Part shown: positions 33,951 through 40,972 of the stretch, in pieces
How the letters are laid out: each line of letters opens with the position of its first letter
How positions within the stretch are numbered: position 1 is the first letter of the stretch
Source of the DNA: Catajapyx aquilonaris
Lineage: Eukaryota
Direction: 5' to 3'
Assembly: GCA_000934665.2 (NCBI GenBank)
Contig: JYFJ02003520.1
Location: 1-40,972 of the forward strand
Length of the DNA stretch: 40,972 bases
The notes under the pieces: generated by a model
Seen by the model: only the letters and a program-made list of their open reading frames with translations
Database searches by the model: none
What the model was told of the DNA's origin: nothing
Translations under genes and position numbers: made by a program

Positions 33951-35360
33951 GATTGCCAGTGAAGCTTCAAACGTAGTTCTCCGATAGTGCTGCCAGCTGT
34001 CTTCGACATTTTCAGGTAGGGCCGGGTAGCAAATTTATTATTTTATTTTTTAGCTATTACAGACTATTAACTGCTACTCAGCAGTAGTTATTGCTATGCT
34101 GCTACTCGCTACTCGCTATTCGCTATCCGCTATCTTGCTCAATAGGGTTGGCCATAGATGCCACGAAGCCCATGATTGCCATGGTGGAAAAAGCCATGGT
34201 GGCAATCACGGGCTTCGTGGCATCTATGTGCCCGGGTGCGAATGGCATCAGCTGTCATGCCGGTGGGTAGGGACATTCACAGTTTCACACCGACGCGAAC
34301 CGCAGCAACATGAGGGATGGAGTTGCCCTACATCGTCACCATGGTGACGATGTATGGCTTTATGTTACCGCAACAATGGGGAAGTAGCCTTGGTCTGGGA
34401 TTTGGGATTTTTGTTCATAACTAGCTAGACCATGCCTGTAAACATACATTCCATCACTCTGTTGCATCAAAATGACATTACTGGATAAATTACGGCACAT
34501 TTAAAAGTTCCTTCAAAATTGGCGGGAAAAACGGGGCAGCCGGGTGGTGCCAATCAAAAGGGTACACTGAAATGCCTGGTTGACTGCGAGATATGAGGAA
34601 TTTGACTTTGAATTAACCGCGGACACGACGGAAAGCATTCGCAAGGCGGCTGTAGGCCATCGAGGTGGAGAAAAGGGACCTTCATGTGCCGAATTCGGGT
34701 GACAGATAATTCCCACCAGTTGGCACCACTGTCAGCACAGAAGCGACTTGAGCGGCCTGGAATAAATACGCGCCCCGGCCGCTATCTTGCTCACGGAATG
34801 GGACGGTTGCTAACAACAGCGAAGCATTTTACAACAATGACGGGGCGCGTTCTATAACACCATTTTTGCGTTCATTTCACTTCGCGTGACGTCAACATTT
34901 TCTAGGGAAACAGTGACTTCACAATTTCCCTACATAAAAACCCCAATATCTCCGGAACTGAAACTGATTTCTTAAAACGGAATATGCCAAAAAAATCCAA
35001 AAAATATGGGCGAATTTATTATGTAGTTTCCAAAATGAAGGCTACTTCCCCATACTGCCCTTTGTTGTGGCCCCGCCAGGCACGGTTCGTCGCCCTGCAG
35101 GATATTTTTAGTTAATGCGGAGCGTCAGAACAGTGGCCTAGCGTGGGTTGATAGCGCCCGGGGAGAGGTAAGTATTGCCCCCCCCCCCCCNCACGTATTG
35201 CGCGCATTTTATGAAAATACTGATGTAATCAAAGCATTTAATGCGAATGTCAAGGAATGAATTCTCGGAAGGGAGAAAAATTATATGTTTCCAAAGAAAG
35301 TAGAGTAAAGATGAGGGTAAATACAAGATATAGAACGAGTTTGCTGCATTAATAACGATA

Positions 35361-35564
35361 TGAGGGGTCTCAGATCAAAGGCGGCTAAGTCCAGTTTTGG
35401 GGAGTGCAACACAAATACGTCCAGGTCCAGCAATAATGTATTTTAATGTCATTGGGTATTAATTGCACATTTGCGTATGTAGCTGAGCCGTGGCAACATA
35501 TGGACGCAAAAAGCAACAAGATATAGTGAAAGTAATCAGCAGTTTTTGCTCATTTTACGACCCG

Positions 35565-35615
<51 letters not shown>

Positions 35616-35648
35616 GTTACTTAGCCGCCTTTGATCGTAGACCCCTCA
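35361..35648. mobile_element. mariner-type MITE containing an (ATT)n microsatellite
   Basis: TA-TGAGGGGTCT..GATCAAAGGCGGCTAAGT and its inverse, TA flanks. Confidence 0.75.
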
Positions 35649-35838
35649 TATGCAGTGTTTCACAAGGTAGTCCGCCCTTGGTCACACTCGGCACCATTGA
35701 AACGCATTGCAGTGGTGTGAGGACACGGCGAAAAATCCGACCTGGAGCAACACACTTACATAGCGGCCCCGGGGCCGCCCCCGGGCCGCCCCAAACTACA
35801 GTTCGCCCTTGCTGGTCACACTCGACACCATTGCAATT

Positions 35839-36084
35839 GAAGAGCACAGGGGGAAAACGAGGAATGTCCAATTCCGTTGGGGTTCCTGCCAAGTGCACAG
35901 TACAATAGTAGCATAGGTGACACTTATACCTGGAGGCTTTCCATGGGTACAAGAGGGACAGTTGCATATAATGACATGAAGATATCCCTATTATTCTTTA
36001 TACACGTGAAGAAATAAAGCTATTTCTTCGATTTTTCATGGACATTTTTTGTGTGACATTCCCCGTTTTCCCCCTGTGCTCTTC
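35839..36084. mobile_element. MITE with AATT TSD (Sola1-like)
   Basis: 30-bp TIR GAAGAGCACAGGGGGAAAACG.GGAATGTC flanked by AATT on both sides. Confidence 0.75.
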
Positions 36085-36620
36085 AATTCATTGCATTGAT
36101 GTGAGGACACGGCGGAAAATCCTACCTGGGGCAACGCACTTACAAAACTGCCTTAGAATACTAACATAATAAGGTCTGGTCACTCNGGGAACTGATATCT
36201 TAAAACGGAATATGCCAAAAAAATCCAAAAAATATGGGCGAATTTATTATGTAGTTTCCAAAATGAAGGCTAGTTCCCCATTTTAAAATAACTAATCACC
36301 GACTGTCTCTCCCCATTGCAGTATTAGCCACAAGCACGAGAGAAACTCAAATAATTTAAGAGCGGCCAACAAAATCAACACGTTTCATTCATTTCAATTT
36401 TTTTGCCAGTTGGAACTACTTCCGACTTGATTTTCGCCCGATGTTTGCGACTTGAGCAGGTTCAAAATATTTAGCGTTGATGGTAGGTGTCTGTATGAAC
36501 TGGGAGATAAGTATATGAACGTAACGAGGTTTTGATGTTCCCCGTCGCGTCGTTATCAAACCATCCAGACACGACGCTTTGTAAACCATGAATCATCCAC
36601 CATAATCATGCTGCAGCTAT

Positions 36621-37000
36621 ATAATAAATAATAATAATAATTTGTGGGTAAAAGTAAAAGGGTAATGCTTTCACCCCTTCCGGGGTATATAGCATGGACC
36701 TTTATTGTATTTTGAATTGTTCAGTACATTGTACATGGTGCCTATTTAATGCAAGCCCGGGCCCACGGGCAGGGTGGCAGGAGGGGATGTGCAAAGTGCA
36801 ATGCTGTAGCTAATGTCATTTTGTGAACTCCCCCGGGTGGATTAGTCTAAGGAAATTCCACCCAAGACGAAGCCAGAGATGGCCCAACTCTGCGCGAGAT
36901 GGAAGGGCTGGGATCACACCCGGGACCTTAACATCCGTAGGCGCATACCTCACCGCAGCGCCTCTCCGTCTCCTCCGCTGCAGCTATACTTACCATCTCA
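36621..37000 (-). mobile_element. Degenerate SINE; related core at about 38900-39020
   Basis: Degenerate B-box (GGTGTGATCCC), (TTA)n tail, and a domain of about 110 bp shared with 38910-39020. Confidence 0.6.
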
Positions 37001-37665
37001 TTGCGTGCATTTTGTCAGGACCCTTTCGGATTATCTGGAAGACCTCTGTAAATTGTTGAGGAACGCAGGTTTTTGATTGTGAAGCAACCAAGTGTTAATG
37101 TGATAAACCAACTCATTATTGGGTTTAATTATACAAAATATGGGCAGTAACCCCTTACACCAGAACAATGCCGGCCAAAATCTGAAAGACTTTGCTACAA
37201 TCAGTAAGTCAAAGTGGCATAATCATCAGGGCGGATCTTCTTGGGACACAAGCATGTTTGGCTATGATGGCAAGTTGTCCATCCTTGTGCTTCGGCAGCC
37301 AGTGCAGATCATCCGGACACAAGTACTGGACATCACTGTCATCAAACAAGACAAAATTAATGTCTGAATATTTTAGAAAATGGGGGGTTGGGGGTAATTG
37401 TTGGTGTAGTTGTTGGCATTGTTTATTTATTTATCATACCCCGATGGGCCGTACAAGCCTTGGGGGGGGAGACAGCATCAACAGCCAGTTACCGTTGATT
37501 TTATTTCATCACAAGTTACATCACATGAAATTTATACGCTTACTCACGTTGTGCATGAAGTTAGTTGTTGGCATTGTTGAAGGCATTGTGACGTTTTACT
37601 GACTACGTACACTTCTAATATACAGTCCATATGAAAATTGCATACACACTACTGATTAACTTTAA

Positions 37666-38627
37666 GAGCGCGCTCTAGGCTACGCTATTCATTGTTGCGG
37701 GTAGCCCGTCGCGGGCCGGCCCGTGAGTTTGACACTTCTTCTTCTCGCTGTCACGGCCGCAAATATGGAGGTATCGGCATGAAACTGGAGTATATGGACG
37801 CGAAAGGGTTGCACTTTGAGATGGTGCGCTTATTTTTCTCCTGGGGCGATATTTGCGGCCGCCGCGGCCAGGTACATTTTTTAAATTTTTATCCGCAATT
37901 ACTCCTTTCCATGTCGGTATCTGTGAAATTCGAGAGCGTCAGCTTGTTTCTACGCCGAATTACCGTAAGTCTGTGAAACGGCACGAGTGTGGGACTCTTG
38001 GTTTGGCCAAACTTTGGGATTGAAAATACCCCCCTCTATGAGCAATAACAACTCGCACGAAGAAAGGGACGATCTGGCAGCGCCGCGCTGACTGCTAAGA
38101 CACAGCGTTACCAACTGTGCCACCCTTGACTTGTTTACATCGTTTTAATAATTATTAGCGCTCTACTTTATCCGGCCGTCGCCGTGGTTACCGAACTGGC
38201 AGTCGGCGCGGCGCTGCCAGATCGTCCCTTTCTTCGTGCGAGTTGTTATTGCTCATAGAGGGGGGTATTTTCAATCCCAAAGTTTGGCCAAACCAAGAGT
38301 CCCACACTCGTGCCGTTTCACACACTTACGGTAATTCGGCGTAGAAACAAGCTGACGCTCTCGAATTTCACAGATACCGACATGGAAAGGAGTAATTGCG
38401 GATCAAAATAAAAAAATGTACCTGGCCGCGGCGGCCGCAAATATCGCCCCAGGAGAAAAATAAGCGTACCATCTCAAAGTGCAACCCTTTCGCGTCCATA
38501 TACTCCAGTTTCATGCCGATACCTCCATATTTGCGGCCGTGACAGCGAGAAGAAGAAGTGTCAAACTCACGGGCCGGCCCGCGACGGGCTACCCGCAACA
38601 ATGAATAGCGTAGCCTAGAGCGCGCTC
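37666..38627. mobile_element. Sola3-like non-autonomous foldback element
   Basis: TTAA TSD, GAG...CTC termini, near-identical TIRs of about 430 bp, spacer of about 100 bp. Confidence 0.85.
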
Positions 38628-39619
38628 TTAATACGTTACTTTTATATATTTTAAAAATCATACGCAAATTATGCCCATAAAAGGAAATAGTTAATATGCC
38701 ATGATTACCTCATCTACGATGCCACTCAACGGTCTTCATCGCCAGAATCACACGTGCACTGTGCGATTGAGCTGAGTTTATCCTGGAAGTCATCTGTCCG
38801 TGAGAGCAAGAGAGATTGAAAGGTATATAGGAGGTGGTGGATATTACCACCATTGGTATTTTTGGAGCGTGTTAAGATGGAATCTTATTAGTGTACTCCA
38901 AGGGTTGGTAGGAGGGGATGTGCAAAGTGCATGTGCGCTGTCGTTAATTGGTCATTTTGTGAACTCCCCCGGGTGGATTAGTCTTTAGGAAATTTCCACC
39001 CGAAATGAAGCCAGAGATGCCTGCCGAGGAGTTTTGCAGCGGGTGCTCACCTGAGAGCGCCATGAGACATTTCCCGGATCAATTATGTGGCGACCCTACC
39101 GGACTAGGCTGAACTTTATATGTACAAAAGGGAAGCGCTACATTGGGGGACCCAACATCGGCGCCGGCGGCCATGTTGGGCCCGCATGTAGCGCTTCCCT
39201 TTTGTGGAGACCCCCAGAATATCACCGTTACAATGGGGACATGTCCCCACTATTTCGCTTTGCAGGGTTTCACAAAAGTCCATTTCTCTCAGCCTAGGTT
39301 AGTTAGGGTAGGGTAGGGTAGGGTAGGGTAGGTTAGGTTAGGTTAGTTTACACTCGCTACGAAAAGTTCAGTTTCCACGTCCCCACACCTTAGTGAAGAC
39401 AGGTCGGTGTGATCTCGTGTGTTATTTACCAATTCTCCTATGAAAATAACCGGTTATTCTATAGAATAACCGATTAATCTAAAATAACCAGTTAATCTAA
39501 AATAACCGCTAACCGGTTATAACCGAGGTTATTTCAATAACCGATAACCGGTTTCCAAATTCAATAACCACACCCTAGAGCAGACCCTATCTGCCCTGCC
39601 AAGCAAGAACGCAGGAACT

Positions 39620-39810
39620 AACACTTCGGCGGGAAATGCTTACTGCGTTCTTGCTTGGCATGGCAGCTATACCATATAGCCTTGAGCCCATAACCTGATG
39701 GCAAGTCCAACACTGTTGCATCAAGTCTTCCTTGGCACGGGGGAAGGAGAAGAACATCATATCCTTGTCCTTTCGCCCACACACCACGCAGCATCGCCAC
39801 ACAGGTTGCT
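39620..39810 (-). pseudogene. Frameshifted THAP zinc-finger remnant (transposon-derived)
   Basis: CCVVC...MFFSFP...W in one frame and SKHFPP in another, surrounded by repeated AATCGGAC/GTCCGATT motifs. Confidence 0.55.
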
Positions 39811-40972
39811 TCCTGGCTTTGAGCATTAGTGTTGTCCGATTGATTGCACTGGTGTAGCCAGTGTACACTCGTGCAGGAAAAAGCGTCCGATTCACCGGGA
39901 GCAGCGTGTCCGATTCGCCAGTGTAACTGCACCAGTGCAAGCGGGGGGCTGCACTCGCTGCACCAGTGGAGAAGGTGGGGCAGGCGGTGTAAGGCGCGAA
40001 GACGGGCTGGCAAGATGGCGGCGGATGGAGGGTGATTTGAACCTGGGACCTTACGCTTGGCTGGCCAGTAGCCCCTGGACTGGCCACTAGACCACCGTGT
40101 CCCCTAGCGTGCAAGTATTAATTGCTCGTCGTTATAAAGAGCTAAAAAAGGTCAAACCGCCAAGGTGCCCACGATCCTGTGCACCTCTTTCCACCATGCT
40201 GTGCACGATCCTGTGGAAATCCTGCTGTCGGCCATCTTGGGTTGCACTGGAGGTGTCCGATTCGAGGCCCCAGTGCTGGGTCACACTCGCTGCACTGTGA
40301 CGTCACCTCCCTACACCGAGTGTAGCCGGTGCAGTGTCAATCGGACAACACTGTGCTTGAACTACTACCCGAGAATAGACACGTGACCAGTGCAAAATGC
40401 AGCCACACTTGTCTGCCACTTGCCTGGAGCACTAGCACTACTATCGATATCCTCTCCCACCTTCCCTCTCCCTTCCCAGGGTCCCCTACATGGTTGCCTC
40501 CCCCACCCTAACCCGGGTATTGTCTTCACCGTGGTCTTCACGTAGTCCTTATGCAATCAAGTTCCAATATGGCCGCCCCATGCTGCAGGATAGGGAATTG
40601 GCAAGCGATTCGGTTTTGTTTTTTTCAATTGTTTTTTTTCCTATGCAATTTTCCTATCTGATTTAGTTCCAATATGGCGGAGAGACAATACCCTGTCTAG
40701 GTGGGGGAGGCACTCATGTAGGTGACCCTGTCCCTTCCTAGTTCAAAATCCAGCCATTTCCTAGTTCAAAAATGGGCTCCGCGGCTAAGGCAATCCCATT
40801 GGGCATCTCGGGGGATCTCGTCGTCTTCCCAAGTTACCGGGAGCTCCACAGGGGGCGCTGGCGGCATGGCTGGCGTAAGGTGACTAGATAGAAAAGGTGG
40901 CGTCAACTTCGCTTTTGACGCCATCTTGGGTCGAAATCGGCTGCCCGCCACTATGGACCCTTTATGCACAAC

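Noticed and set aside
34953..36281. Direct duplication of about 100 bp (34953-35052 vs 36187-36281)
   Set aside because: The second copy starts at an N (36186), so it may be an assembly junction rather than biology.
37692..38667. Two mirror-image ORFs of about 95 aa
   Set aside because: By-product of the GC-rich inverted repeat arms; no protein motif.
39295..39348. TTAGG/TAGGG repeats resembling the insect telomere
   Set aside because: Only a few degenerate units embedded in a repeat element; not a telomeric array.

Overview
AT-rich eukaryotic DNA, most likely from an insect or other hexapod. It holds two complete, tandem, minus-strand spliced genes. The first is a 7-coding-exon PRAS40/Lobe (AKT1S1)-like TORC1 regulator (CDS 25988->7197, about 394 aa). 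The second is 6-coding-exon eIF3m (CDS 33410->28470, about 384 aa). Both exon chains were reconstructed by hand with GT-AG junctions and consistent phases. Introns and intergenic DNA are packed with non-autonomous transposons, many with intact TIRs and TSDs (Ginger-like, hAT/Charlie, Tc1/mariner, Harbinger, piggyBac, Kolobok, Sola, Chapaev, Helitron), plus tRNA-derived SINEs and LINE tails, several of them nested or nearly perfect foldbacks. The most notable observations are: (1) a candidate box H/ACA snoRNA in eIF3m intron 3 whose 5' pocket fits a conserved 28S rRNA segment; (2) a Charlie3/MER1/OC1-like hAT remnant, a possible horizontal-transfer lineage; (3) a Cys-rich N-terminal extension on PRAS40; (4) an intron-spanning hairpin in eIF3m. 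All family assignments are from motif recognition and memory, not database searches.
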